From Casimicrobiaceae bacterium (GTDB lineage: Bacteria > Pseudomonadota > Gammaproteobacteria > Burkholderiales > Casimicrobiaceae): 44,304 bases of DNA. The notes under the pieces are model-generated. The model had not been told where the DNA came from, did no database searches, and saw nothing but the letters and a program-made list of their open reading frames with translations. Where the stretch lies: positions 1-44,304 of the forward strand of contig DATKLH010000607.1 of NCBI GenBank assembly GCA_035542515.1, read 5' to 3'. This document shows positions 1 to 9,335 of this stretch, piece after piece (the first letter of the stretch is position 1; every line of letters begins with the position of its first letter). A program made the translations under genes and the position numbers.

Positions 1-377
1 GGCGATGTCTTCCGCAACTCGACAAAGTCGTCGCGGGCAAGCACGTAGCACTCGGTTTCCTCGAGCGCCCAGAACACCTTCGTGGTCGTGCCTCCGGCCG
101 AGAGCGCTCCCACCGGAAACATCTCGCCCGGGCCCAGCGTACGATCCGGTTCGGACTGGACGCTATTCGGCCGGCTGCCCACCAACCCCCGCTCGACGAT
201 GTACAACTGGCCCACCGGACCGGTGTGCGCCGCCAGGATCGTCGCCTCCTTCGCGTAACCGACGCGCGCCAGCCTCTTCACAAGAAACGCGAGCGCCTCT
301 TCGCTCATCCGATTGAACGGCACGTGGCGACCGAGGAATTCGGTCGCCGCAGCGGCCGTGCGGTTGCGGGGAGGCAT
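1..377 (-). CDS. cNMP-binding domain protein, 3'-truncated by the window edge; probably the cNMP/CBS/DUF294 nucleotidyltransferase usually found with actP
   Basis: Not in the ORF track. Manual translation from ATG at 377: MPPRNRTAAAATEFLGRHVPFNRMSEE...GQLYIVERGLV...LGPGEMFPVGAL...ALEETECYVL, a cNMP-binding pattern. Open to the window edge, directly downstream of actP. Confidence 0.75.
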   Translation of the reverse strand, partial: MPPRNRTAAAATEFLGRHVPFNRMSEEALAFLVKRLARVGYAKEATILAAHTGPVGQLYIVERGLVGSRPNSVQSEPDRTLGPGEMFPVGALSAGGTTTKVFWALEETECYVLARDDFVELRKTS

Positions 378-500
378 GCGAACACAGTCCGTAGAACCAG
401 TCGCGCTCGAGCCAGGCGGAGCTGGAGCGGCGGCCACGACGGAAGAACGACCGCCGGCAGCAACGCCGGCGGCCATGCCTCACGCTCGGCCCTTCGAGCC

Positions 501-2207
501 TCAGTGCGCCACTGCCACCTCGGCGCCCAGCCCGGTTTCGGAGCGGACCATCTGCGGCCCGAAGGCGGCGCGCTCCTTTTGCGCCGAAGCGCTCTTGTCG
601 GTGACCGACGCGACGTACGCGACGATCAGCGCGGCCGGCAGCACGACAAACGTCGGGAAATCGTACGGGAAGATCGCCGGCCCCATGTTGAGCACCTTGG
701 TCCACACGGTCGGGCCGATGGTCAGCAGGATGATCGATCCAAGGATCCCGGTGTACCCGCCCAGGACCGCGCCGCGCGTCGTCAGTCCGCGCCAGAAGAC
801 AGCCAGCAACAGGATGGGGAAGTTGGCGCAGGCCGCGATGGAGAACGTGAGCGCGACGATGTAGGCGACGTTCTGCTTCTCGAACATGATGCCGAGGATC
901 ACGGCGAGGATGCCGAGACCCACCACGCACATCTTCGAGACCAGCACCTCCTGCGCTTCGGTCGACTTGCCCTTCATGATCACGTTGGCATAGATGTCGT
1001 GCGACAACGCCGAAGCGCCGGCGAGCGTCAGCCCCGAGACCACCGCCAGAATCGTGGCAAAGGCAACCGCGGCGATGAAGCCGAGGAAGAAATCGCCACC
1101 GAGCGCGTGCGACAGATACACGGCCGGCATGCTGCTTCCGCCCTTCAGGTTGAGGACGTCCTTGGTGACGTCGACGACGTAGGCGGGATGGTTCGCGACC
1201 AGGACGATCGCGCCGAAGCCGATGATGAAGGTCAGGATGTAGAAGTAACCGATGAAGCAGGTCCCGTACAGCACCGACTTGCGCGCCGCCTTGGCGTCGG
1301 CCACAGTGAAGAAGCGCATCAGGATGTGCGGCAAGCCAGCGGTCCCGAACATCAGCGTTAGCCCGAGGGAGACGGATTCGATCGGATTGGCTTTGGCGCC
1401 GATCGGCACCACCGACTGCATGATCTCGATGTGCTTCGGGTGTGCGGCGACGGCGTCCGAGAAGAGCTTGTTGAAACTGAATCCCTCGTGCGCCATGACG
1501 CCGATCGCCATCAGCGTCGCGCCGCCGAGCAGCAGCGCGGCCTTGATGATCTGCACCCACGTCGTAGCCTTCATGCCGCCGAACGTCACGTAGATGATGA
1601 TCAGCGCGCCGATGATGACGATGGAGACGCGGTAGGAAATCTGCGGCACCAGCGTGTGCAGCAGCTGCCCGGCGCCCACCGCCTGGCCGATCAGGTACCA
1701 GATGACGACGATGAGCGAGCCGATGGCGGCCATCGTGCGCACCGGTCCCTGCTTCAGGCGGAACGAAGCGACGTCGGCGTAGGTGAATTTGCCGAGGTTG
1801 CGCAGCCGCTCCGCGATCAGGAACAGGATCACCGGCCACCCGACCAGCCAGCCCACCGAAAAGATGAGGCCGTAGAAGCCGTTGAAGTAGACGAGCGCGG
1901 CGATGCCGAGGAACGAGGCCGCCGACATGTAATCGCCCGCGATCGCGAAGCCGTTCTGCAGGCCGGTGATGCCGCGGCCGGCCGCGTAGAAGTCGGTCGC
2001 GGTCTTGGTCCGCATCGCCGCCCAGTACGTAATGGCCAGCGTGATGGCCACGAAGATGATGAACATCACGACCGCGTGCCAGTTGACCGGCGTCGCTTCC
2101 GCGGGCGCGGGCGTCTGCGCCGCGGCAGCGGCGATCCAGGTCAGCTGCGCGGCGATGAGCAAGCCGACCCCACGAAGCGCCTTCGACAGAGTCCCTGTGG
2201 TTCTCAT
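501..2207 (-). CDS. actP: cation/acetate symporter ActP (sodium:solute symporter family)
   Basis: Motifs [59 protein letters not shown]. Start MRTTGT at 2207 overlaps the DUF485 stop (ATGA). Confidence 0.93.
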   Translation of the reverse strand: MRTTGTLSKALRGVGLLIAAQLTWIAAAAAQTPAPAEATPVNWHAVVMFIIFVAITLAITYWAAMRTKTATDFYAAGRGITGLQNGFAIAGDYMSAASFLGIAALVYFNGFYGLIFSVGWLVGWPVILFLIAERLRNLGKFTYADVASFRLKQGPVRTMAAIGSLIVVIWYLIGQAVGAGQLLHTLVPQISYRVSIVIIGALIIIYVTFGGMKATTWVQIIKAALLLGGATLMAIGVMAHEGFSFNKLFSDAVAAHPKHIEIMQSVVPIGAKANPIESVSLGLTLMFGTAGLPHILMRFFTVADAKAARKSVLYGTCFIGYFYILTFIIGFGAIVLVANHPAYVVDVTKDVLNLKGGSSMPAVYLSHALGGDFFLGFIAAVAFATILAVVSGLTLAGASALSHDIYANVIMKGKSTEAQEVLVSKMCVVGLGILAVILGIMFEKQNVAYIVALTFSIAACANFPILLLAVFWRGLTTRGAVLGGYTGILGSIILLTIGPTVWTKVLNMGPAIFPYDFPTFVVLPAALIVAYVASVTDKSASAQKERAAFGPQMVRSETGLGAEVAVAH

Positions 2208-2554
2208 TTGGAGGCCTCCTGGATGATCTGCTGGATAAGGGGATCGAAGGTGTTGTTGGCGCGGGTCACGTAGATCGCCGTGAGCACCACGGAAGCCAGG
2301 ATCACGCCGACGCCGACCGGCAGGCCGACCGGAATGACGCTTCCCGCCGAGATCGGCTGGGTGAGCAATCCGGGCGCATACGCAATCATCAGGATGAAGC
2401 CGAAATAGATGATCAGCACAAGCGCGGTCAGCGTCCATGCGAGTACATCTCTGCTCCGGACCAGCTCGTGATACTTCGGGTTGTTCTCGATCCTGCTAAC
2501 GGACAGCTCGTTCTTCGGCTTGTTCTCGATGTTGCTAACGGACGGCTCGGTCAT
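2204..2554 (-). CDS. DUF485 / YjcH-like inner membrane protein, ActP partner
   Basis: [14 protein letters not shown]...two TM segments...[18 protein letters not shown] before ATG 2554; canonical position upstream of actP. Confidence 0.88.
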   Translation of the reverse strand: MTEPSVSNIENKPKNELSVSRIENNPKYHELVRSRDVLAWTLTALVLIIYFGFILMIAYAPGLLTQPISAGSVIPVGLPVGVGVILASVVLTAIYVTRANNTFDPLIQQIIQEASK

Positions 2555-2769
2555 GCCAACCTCCCTTGTCAACGCTCGGCGCAATTCGAAGCGCGGGCGG
2601 CGAGTCTCGACCCGCGCACGTCGCTGCGATACATCATATCGGGTCCTCCGCCTGCTGCGAAGCATGCCGATCTCGGTAGCACCTGCATCACGCACGCCCT
2701 CGACTTTCTCCGAATCGATGCGCCGGCCCTCGCAGCCGCAGTGAGCATTGGCGCACCTGCCGCGGTCCC

Positions 2770-2793
2770 CGGTGTTGACCTAGGTCAACACCG
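2770..2793. promoter_or_regulatory. 24-bp perfect palindrome containing an FNR/CRP-family-like box (TTGAC-N4-GTCAA)
   Basis: CGGTGTTGACCTAGGTCAACACCG, in the intergenic region upstream of the DUF485-actP operon. Confidence 0.55.
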
Positions 2794-2940
2794 CAATCGC
2801 CCACGCGATTCGCCGTTCGGCAGCGCGCGAGAACCGGCACGGTGGTCGTGCTCCGAATAGTCGCGGCGCCACGCTCGACACGGCCGCGCGGCCGCTCGCG
2901 GTCCGCAATGATCGCGCCGTTGCCGCCCCTTGACCAGCGG

Positions 2941-3732
2941 TTACCAGTTCGGCTTCCTCTTCTCCATGAACGCGCTCACGCCTTCGCGCGCATCCTCGTC
3001 GAGCATGTTGCAGGTGATCGAGCGGCTCGCGACTCGGTAGGCACTCTCGAGCGGCGCTTCGAGTTGCTCGTAGAACACGCGCTTGCCCGCCGCAACCACG
3101 CGCCGCGGCTTGGCGGCGATGAGCGCGGCCACGCGCGCGACTTCGGCATCGAGCTCCGCGGCCGGGACCACGCGGTTGACCAGGCCCCACTGCAACGCGG
3201 TCTGGGCGTCGATGAACTCGCCGGTGAACAGCATCTCGAAGGCGCGCTTGCGCGACACGTTGCGGGACACCGGCACGCCGGGCGTCGCGCAGAACAGGCC
3301 GAAATTGATGCCCGAGGTGGCGAACCGCGCGTCGGCCGCGGCCACGGCGAGGTCGCACGCAGCGACGAGCTGACACCCCGCCGCGGTCGCGGTGCCGTGC
3401 ACGCGCGCGATCACCGGCTGCGGCAACGCCTGCAAGGCGAGCATCGCGCGGCTGCACGCTTCGAAGAGCGCGCCGATGAACGCTTCGTTGCGGTTCGCCA
3501 TCATCTGCTTGAGATCGTGCCCGCCGCTGAATGCGGGTCCATTGCCGGCGATGACGATCACGCGCAGCGACTCGTCCTTGGCGATCGCGTCGATTTCCGC
3601 CTGCAGCGCTTGCAGCATCTCCATCGAGATGGCGTTGTACTGCCGCGGACGGTTCAGCGTGAGCGTACGGATACCGTCGCGCGTTTGCGCGAGCACCGTG
3701 GGTTCGGTGGCGAGTTCACGTGGGTCGTTCAT
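2941..3732 (-). CDS. enoyl-CoA hydratase/isomerase (crotonase family)
   Basis: LTLNRPRQYNA, FSGGHDL, ATAAGCQLVAACDL, EGVSAFMEKRKPNW. Confidence 0.92.
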   Translation of the reverse strand: MNDPRELATEPTVLAQTRDGIRTLTLNRPRQYNAISMEMLQALQAEIDAIAKDESLRVIVIAGNGPAFSGGHDLKQMMANRNEAFIGALFEACSRAMLALQALPQPVIARVHGTATAAGCQLVAACDLAVAAADARFATSGINFGLFCATPGVPVSRNVSRKRAFEMLFTGEFIDAQTALQWGLVNRVVPAAELDAEVARVAALIAAKPRRVVAAGKRVFYEQLEAPLESAYRVASRSITCNMLDEDAREGVSAFMEKRKPNW

Positions 3733-3749
3733 GGGAAAGCTCTAAAGGC

Positions 3750-3866
3750 GGGATGAGGGGCTAGGGCTTGGGGGTTAGTGTGCGGTCGAGCGCGAAGTGT
3801 CGGCTTGCATGGATTCGAAGCGTGACGCATCGAGACAGCGCTCCCCGACCCCTAACCCCAAAACCC
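3750..3866. repeat. inverted pair of G-tract heptamer repeats (GGGGCTA/GGGGTTA type), each arm a G-quadruplex-type motif
   Basis: GGGATGAGGGGCTAGGGCTTGGGGG at 3750-3774 and CCCCGACCCCTAACCCCAAAACCC at 3843-3866. Confidence 0.55.
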
Positions 3867-3884
3867 TGCTCTTGAGGTCCGCAG

Positions 3885-5525
3885 TCATTCGATCGCCGAC
3901 GTCGACTTCGCACGCTCGCGCAGCACGAACTTCTGGATCTTGCCGGTCGAGGTCTTGGGCAGTTCGCAAAAGATCACCTTGCGCGGCGCCTTGAAGCGCG
4001 CGAGCAGCTTGCGGCAGTGATCGATCAGCTCGTGCTCGGTCACCGTTGCACCGGGCTTCAGCTCGACGTACGCACACGGCGTCTCGCCCCATTTGGCGTC
4101 GGGTTGCGCGACGACGGCGGCGGCGAGCACCGCAGGATGGCGATACAGCGCGTCCTCCACTTCCAGCGAGCTGATGTTCTCGCCGCCCGAGATGATGACG
4201 TCCTTGGAGCGATCCTTGATCTTGACGTAGCCGTCGGGCTGCATGACGGCCAGGTCACCGGAGTGGAACCAGCCACCGGCGAAGGCTTCCTCCGTCGCCT
4301 TGGGATTCTTGAGGTAGCCCTTCATGGTGATGTTGCCGCGGAACATGATCTCGCCCATCGTCTCGCCATCCCAAGGCACTTCACGCATGGTATGCGGATC
4401 CATCACCGTCATGCCTTCCTCGCAGGTGTAGCGCACGCCCTGCCGGCCATTGCGCTCCGTGCGCGCGCCGATGTCAAGCGAGCTCCATTCGTCGTGCTTG
4501 GCACACACCGCGGCCGGCCCGTAGGTTTCGGTCAGCCCGTACACGTGTGTGATGTCGAAGCCCATGCGTTCCATGCCCTCGATCACGGCCGCCGGCGGTG
4601 CCGCCGCTGCGACAAGCGCATGCACCTTGCGCGAGATGCCCTGTTTCCACTCCTCCGGAGCATTGATCAGCATCGCGTGCACGATCGGCGCGCCGCAGTA
4701 ATGCGTCACGTCGTGCTCGCGTATGGCCGCGAGAATCGCCTTGGCCTCCACGCGACGCAGGCACACGTTCACGCCGGCGTTGGCGGCCATGGTCCACGCG
4801 AAGCACCAGCCGTTGCAGTGGAACAGCGGCAGCGTCCACAGGTACACCGAGTGGCGCGGCATGCCCCAGTCGACGATGTTCGATAGCGCATTGAGGTACG
4901 CGCCGCGATGGTGGTACACCACGCCCTTGGGGTTGCCGGTGGTTCCCGAAGTGTAGTTGAGCGATATCGCGTCCCACTCGTTCGCCGGCGCTTCCCACGC
5001 GAATGCGGGATCGCCATCGGCGATGAACGCGTCGTAGTCGATACGCCCCAGACGCTCGCCTCCCGGCCCGGCCGGATCGTCGACGTCGATGACCAGCAGC
5101 GGCCGCTTGATGCGCTCGAGCGCACCCGCGACGATCGGCGAGTACTCGGTGTCGGTGATGAGCACCTTCGCCTCGCCGTGATCGAGCATGAAAGCGATGG
5201 CTTCGGCGTCGAGCCGCGTGTTGAGCGTGTTGAGCACCCCACCGCTCATCGGCACGCCGAAGTTGCAGTCGATCATCTCCGGGGTGTTGGCGAGCATCAC
5301 CGCGACGGTGTCGTTCTTGCACACGCCGGCCTTGCGCAGCGCGGAAGCGAGCCGGCGCGAGCGCTCGTAGACCTCCGCCCAGGTGTAGCGACGCTCGCCG
5401 TGGACTACCGCGAGCCTTTGCGGCCAGATGTACGCGCTGCGCGCGATGAACGAGATCGGCGTGAGCGGTTCGTAGTTCGCGGCGCAGGCGGGAAGGTCAC
5501 GGTCGTACGGGGAAGGCGTCGGCAT
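3885..5525 (-). CDS. acyl-CoA synthetase (AMP-forming; medium-chain/DmdB-like)
   Basis: YTSGTTGNPKGV AMP-binding signature, YGLTETYGP, GWFHSGDL, DRSKDVIISGGENI, PKTSTGKIQK. Confidence 0.93.
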   Translation of the reverse strand: MPTPSPYDRDLPACAANYEPLTPISFIARSAYIWPQRLAVVHGERRYTWAEVYERSRRLASALRKAGVCKNDTVAVMLANTPEMIDCNFGVPMSGGVLNTLNTRLDAEAIAFMLDHGEAKVLITDTEYSPIVAGALERIKRPLLVIDVDDPAGPGGERLGRIDYDAFIADGDPAFAWEAPANEWDAISLNYTSGTTGNPKGVVYHHRGAYLNALSNIVDWGMPRHSVYLWTLPLFHCNGWCFAWTMAANAGVNVCLRRVEAKAILAAIREHDVTHYCGAPIVHAMLINAPEEWKQGISRKVHALVAAAAPPAAVIEGMERMGFDITHVYGLTETYGPAAVCAKHDEWSSLDIGARTERNGRQGVRYTCEEGMTVMDPHTMREVPWDGETMGEIMFRGNITMKGYLKNPKATEEAFAGGWFHSGDLAVMQPDGYVKIKDRSKDVIISGGENISSLEVEDALYRHPAVLAAAVVAQPDAKWGETPCAYVELKPGATVTEHELIDHCRKLLARFKAPRKVIFCELPKTSTGKIQKFVLRERAKSTSAIE

Positions 5526-5865
5526 GCCAGGCCTCGTGTCGAGAATTGAACAGACGAACGTTTCGCAACCCGATCCGCATTCGCCGCGATACGGCTCGTT
5601 GCGACGGGGCAGCGGTTATTGTCATGCGACGTTGCAGCCCCGGGCATGTCCACTCGCGCGACGATGCCCGGCGCGCGTTCCTGCGCCCCCGGGCATCGCG
5701 ATCGTAGCAAACCGGTCGAGGGCTGCATCTGAGCAAGGTCAAGGCGCGTATCTCTTGCAGGGGGTGCGCGTTTTGGTTAGTGTCGGCGCCGGCGCGCCGA
5801 TGCCGTTGGCATCGAGCGGTGCTGCGGCAGCCACTCTGGTCGCCTTGCCAACCGATCGGCCATCG

Positions 5866-6420
5866 ATGGGACATCGTCTTTCCAGGATTGTCACCCGCAC
5901 CGGCGACGACGGCACGACCGGGCTTGGCGACGGCTCGCGCGTTGCCAAGCATTCCGCGCGCATCGACGCGATCGGTGCCGTCGACGAGCTCAATTCGACC
6001 ATCGGTGTGCTGCTCGCCGAAGCACCGCCGGCCGAGGTCGCGGCGTGTCTCACCGACGTCCAGCATGATCTTTTCGACCTCGGCGGCGAATTGTCGATTC
6101 CGGGCCACACGGCGGTCACCGACGCGCACGTCGAGCGTCTCGAACAGGAAGTGGACCGCTTCAACGCTCCGCTCGCGCCGCTCAAGGAGTTCATTCTCCC
6201 CGGCGGGACCCGCGCCGCCGCGCTCGCGCACGTCGGACGTACCGTCTGCCGTCGTGCCGAGCGTGCGGTCGTCGCACTCGGGGCGGTCGAGCCGGTCGGC
6301 GAACCGGTACGCCGCTATCTCAACCGCCTGTCGGATCTCCTGTTCGTCCTTGCACGTACGCTCAACGCGTCGGCCGGACGCCAGGATGTCCTCTGGCGGC
6401 ACGAGCGAAAATCGCGATGA
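5866..6420 (+). CDS. PduO-type cob(I)alamin adenosyltransferase
   Basis: IVTRTGDDGTTGLGDG, GAVDELNS, EFILPGG, RTVCRRAER, YLNRLSDLLF. Confidence 0.93.
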   Translation: MGHRLSRIVTRTGDDGTTGLGDGSRVAKHSARIDAIGAVDELNSTIGVLLAEAPPAEVAACLTDVQHDLFDLGGELSIPGHTAVTDAHVERLEQEVDRFNAPLAPLKEFILPGGTRAAALAHVGRTVCRRAERAVVALGAVEPVGEPVRRYLNRLSDLLFVLARTLNASAGRQDVLWRHERKSR

Positions 6421-7025
6421 CCACGGCGAGCCCCGCGAGCCCGGTGACGGATGCCCGCACCGCGGCGCTGGCGGAACTGCTCGCGCAGGTCGGCATGGGA
6501 AGCCAGAAGGCGTTCGCGACCTTCTACGCCAAGACCTCGGCGCATCTGTATGGAGTGGCGCTGCGTATCCTCAAGGATTCATCCGCCGCCGAGGAAATCT
6601 TGCAGGAAACCTACGTCAGCGTCTGGCATCACGCGGGAAGCTACGATGCGACGCGCAGCCAGCCGTTGACCTGGCTGACCTCGATCGTCCGCAATCGCTG
6701 CCTCGACCAGTTGCGGCGCCGCGAGCTGGACACGGTGACCCTGACCAGCGAGGACGAGGATGCCCCCGAGCTCGACCTGCCCTCCGACGAGCCGTCGCCG
6801 GCGGAGTCCCTGCTGGTCGGCGCCGAAGCACAATCGGTCCGTGACTGCGTGGAGACCCTCGAAGCGGGCCAGAAGCAGGCCATAGCGCTTGCGTTCTTTC
6901 AGGGACTCTCGCACGGCGAGCTTGCGGTACAGCTGCGCGAGCCGCTCGGCACGGTGAAAAGCTGGGTGCGCCGCGGGCTCGAGAAGCTCAAGCGCTGCCT
7001 CGACCGTGCCGGTTACGCTCGCTAG
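6417..7025 (+). CDS. ECF RNA polymerase sigma-70 factor (SigK-like)
   Basis: Region 2 AEEILQETYVSVW...WLTSIVRNRCLD; region 4 LSHGELA...PLGTVKSWVRRGL; followed by an RskA-type gene. Confidence 0.92.
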   Translation: MTTASPASPVTDARTAALAELLAQVGMGSQKAFATFYAKTSAHLYGVALRILKDSSAAEEILQETYVSVWHHAGSYDATRSQPLTWLTSIVRNRCLDQLRRRELDTVTLTSEDEDAPELDLPSDEPSPAESLLVGAEAQSVRDCVETLEAGQKQAIALAFFQGLSHGELAVQLREPLGTVKSWVRRGLEKLKRCLDRAGYAR

Positions 7026-7037
7026 GGCCACGGGATC

Positions 7038-7745
7038 GTGAACCTGTCCCGACCGGATCGTCGCGAGCGGCTCGAATCGATCGCCGCGGAGCACGCGCTC
7101 GGCACGTTGCCGCCCCGCGCACGTGCCCGCCTGGATCGCATCGCGCGCCAGGATCCGGTGGTCGCTGGCGCGCTGCGCGAATGGCCGCTGCGCCTGGCGG
7201 CGCTCGCGTCCGGGCTGCGGCCCGTGACGCCACCGCCGCGCGTGTGGAACGGCATCCAGCGGCGCCTTGGCATCACCGAAGGGCCCGAGGGCTCGTCCTC
7301 ATGGCTCCGCCGAATCGGGTTCTGGCGTGGCTTCGCGATCGCAAGCTTCCTCGCGGCACTGGTGCTCGGCGTCCTGCGTTTCGCCGAGGTCGCACCGGGC
7401 GGCGCTCCCCTGGTCGTGGTTCTCGCCGGTGCCGACGCGCGTCCCGTCATGGTCGCGAGCGCGCAGCGGAGGGAGCGATTCCTGACGCTCAAGACGGTAG
7501 GACCGGCCACACCCGGCCCGGGTCGGACCTTCGAGCTGTGGGCCCTGCCCGAGGGTCAGAACCCGCGCTCGCTCGGCGTACTGCCCGAGGCGGCCATCAT
7601 TCGGATTCCGCTCAGTGCACCCGCCGACCAAGCCCTTGCCCAGGTGCCTGCGTTGGCCGTCAGCGTCGAGCCACCCGGAGGATCGCCGACCGGCGCTCCG
7701 ACCGGCCCGGTCGTCTACACCGGTCGGGTGGAGCGGATGTACTAG
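7038..7745 (+). CDS. anti-sigma factor, RskA family
   Basis: AAEHALGTL, PVTPPPRVWNGI, one TM segment, FELWAL...SLG, LAVSVEPPGGSPTGAPTGPV. Confidence 0.9.
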   Translation: MNLSRPDRRERLESIAAEHALGTLPPRARARLDRIARQDPVVAGALREWPLRLAALASGLRPVTPPPRVWNGIQRRLGITEGPEGSSSWLRRIGFWRGFAIASFLAALVLGVLRFAEVAPGGAPLVVVLAGADARPVMVASAQRRERFLTLKTVGPATPGPGRTFELWALPEGQNPRSLGVLPEAAIIRIPLSAPADQALAQVPALAVSVEPPGGSPTGAPTGPVVYTGRVERMY

Positions 7746-7940
7746 GGCCTGTTAGCGTAGGCCTGCGAGATGCGTTGCGAGCCAGAACGGTCGTGGGCGC
7801 GACGTCAATACGCAGCCGGACTCACCAAGCCCGGCGAGGCTTTGCAACAATACCCACGGCCACGCTTTGCCATTTCCCGCCGCAACCCCAAGGGAGCGGC
7901 GTCGCTTGCATACGCAGACCATAGCGTTGACAGGCCCTAG
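7742..7940. mobile_element. MITE-like non-autonomous element with IS5-type ends (about 199 bp)
   Basis: Terminal inverted repeats CTAGGGCCTGTTAGCG and CGTTGACAGGCCCTAG (14/16 match), with CTAG at both ends. No transposase. The left end includes the TAG stop of the anti-sigma gene. Confidence 0.75.
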
Positions 7941-8003
7941 AACGCTCGGCTTTTTCGACTGGCCGCACTGCTCCCGCGAAGTGCCTGCGGGACTGTGGAC
8001 GGT

Positions 8004-8378
8004 CTAGCTCGCCGGCGTTGCGACAACACCAGGCGCGGCCGCGCAAAACGCTCGATCGCGTGCCGGGATCCACGGCGCCGTGTCTTTCACCGCATGGGTG
8101 TCCACCAACGCGTTGCGAGCGTTGTCGCACGTCGTCGAATCCTTCCTCGCCGCGACTTGCTCGCGAGACTTTTCGCGCACACCGACGACTTCGATGCGTC
8201 CCGGAACGATCGCCACTTCGGTCGGCGTCGACGCACCCGTGTCCAGGCGCGCAGCAACCGTCAGGGGCGCGGACTCATCGACGTGGTCGAACAGCACCGC
8301 AACGCCCGCCGTGAAGAAGCCTCCCAGCACCGTTGCCACGAACAATGCAGGAACTGAAATGCGATGATGAGCAGCCAT
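8004..8378 (-). CDS. small membrane-anchored hypothetical protein (PTEVxIxPxxIEVV motif), paralog 2
   Basis: GGAGG RBS before ATG 8378; N-terminal hydrophobic segment; motif PTEVAIVPGRIEVVGVRE shared with 8738-8998. Confidence 0.65.
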   Translation of the reverse strand: MAAHHRISVPALFVATVLGGFFTAGVAVLFDHVDESAPLTVAARLDTGASTPTEVAIVPGRIEVVGVREKSREQVAARKDSTTCDNARNALVDTHAVKDTAPWIPARDRAFCAAAPGVVATPAS

Positions 8379-8647
8379 GCGTCCTCCGTGAGATTGCCGC
8401 GTTCGATGCATGCTAGGCAGCCGCGCTGGAGCTCACAACGACCACGCGACGAAACGCGCAAAGCGGCGCATGAAACCGTGGTGGCAGCGACGAGCGTTGC
8501 GCGTCGACTGCGCCGTGTCGCTCAGCATCGCCTGCGTCGGCGTAACGAGGCTCACGCTCACGCGCAGCGTGATGACGCGTTGCGAGCCATTCGCGTGCGC
8601 GCTGTCACGCCACGGTCACACGACAAGTGCGCGCGCCATGGCGCGGC

Positions 8648-8684
8648 AAAAAAATCGGGCCGCCACCGCGAAGGTGACGGCCCG
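8648..8684 (-). terminator. Rho-independent terminator
   Basis: Minus strand: CGGGCCGTCACC-TTCGC-GGTGGCGGCCCG-A-TTTTTTT, downstream of the 8738-8998 gene. Confidence 0.8.
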
Positions 8685-8737
8685 CTCTGGGATGGATGTA
8701 CGCTGGGTTCGCGATCCGCGCGCGGTGCGCGACGGTA

Positions 8738-8998
8738 TCAGCCGGCGTGCCGACGGAACCAGCCGCTCAGCACCGTGTTGTGCCCAGCGCTCTCGCGAGT
8801 CGCGACCACTTCGATCACCGCCGGCGAGATCGTGACTTCGGTCGGATGCGGCGCGTTGGCGGCGATCATTTGCGTTGCGCCGGCGTTGTCGTTGGCGCCG
8901 TACTCGAACAATGCGCTCAATCCCACCGTGCACGCGAGGGCGAGCGCGGTCGCACAACCGAGCGCGGCGATGCGGATGCGGGTTTCGATGGGGTTCAT
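8738..8998 (-). CDS. small membrane-anchored hypothetical protein (PTEVxIxPxxIEVV motif), paralog 1
   Basis: AAGGAG RBS; signal/TM segment; motif PTEVTISPAVIEVVATRE; has its own terminator. Confidence 0.72.
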   Translation of the reverse strand: MNPIETRIRIAALGCATALALACTVGLSALFEYGANDNAGATQMIAANAPHPTEVTISPAVIEVVATRESAGHNTVLSGWFRRHAG

Positions 8999-9049
8999 GG
9001 CTGCTCCTTGTTCGGTTCGTCGTGATTGAGTCGGTCTGCTGCCTGCTGC

Positions 9050-9151
9050 TTGGATGCGGCGCGCCTGGCTTCTGGTTTCAGGTTCTCGCTGGGTTCACCG
9101 CACCGGCCGTCGCATGACCCTTGGATGCAGCCATCTGGCTGAACGGTTTCA
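9050..9151 (-). promoter_or_regulatory. two tandem ECF-sigma-like promoter motifs, TGAAAC-N17-GCATCCAA
   Basis: Minus strand: TGAAACcgttcagccagatggctGCATCCAA (9151-9121) and TGAAACcagaagccaggcgcgccGCATCCAA (9080-9050). Confidence 0.55.
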
Positions 9152-9335
9152 GGCTGTCGATCCGGTCGCGTGCTGCCATGGATTGCATCGTAGGCAGGCG
9201 CACCGGGGCTCTCAACGGCCAAGCGACGAAACGGCAGATCCGCGGATCGGAGGCGATCCAGCGGCGACGAACTGCACCGCGCGAACGACCAACTGAGGGC
9301 CGCCAGGGGCACCCTCGGATGCCGTCGCGGCGCTT

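Noticed and set aside
5526-5865. Cobalamin riboswitch upstream of the adenosyltransferase
   Set aside because: No B12-box or other conserved riboswitch elements (GGGAA, GCAACTGT, GCCACTG...GGGAAG, AGYCAGRA) are present in the expected order.
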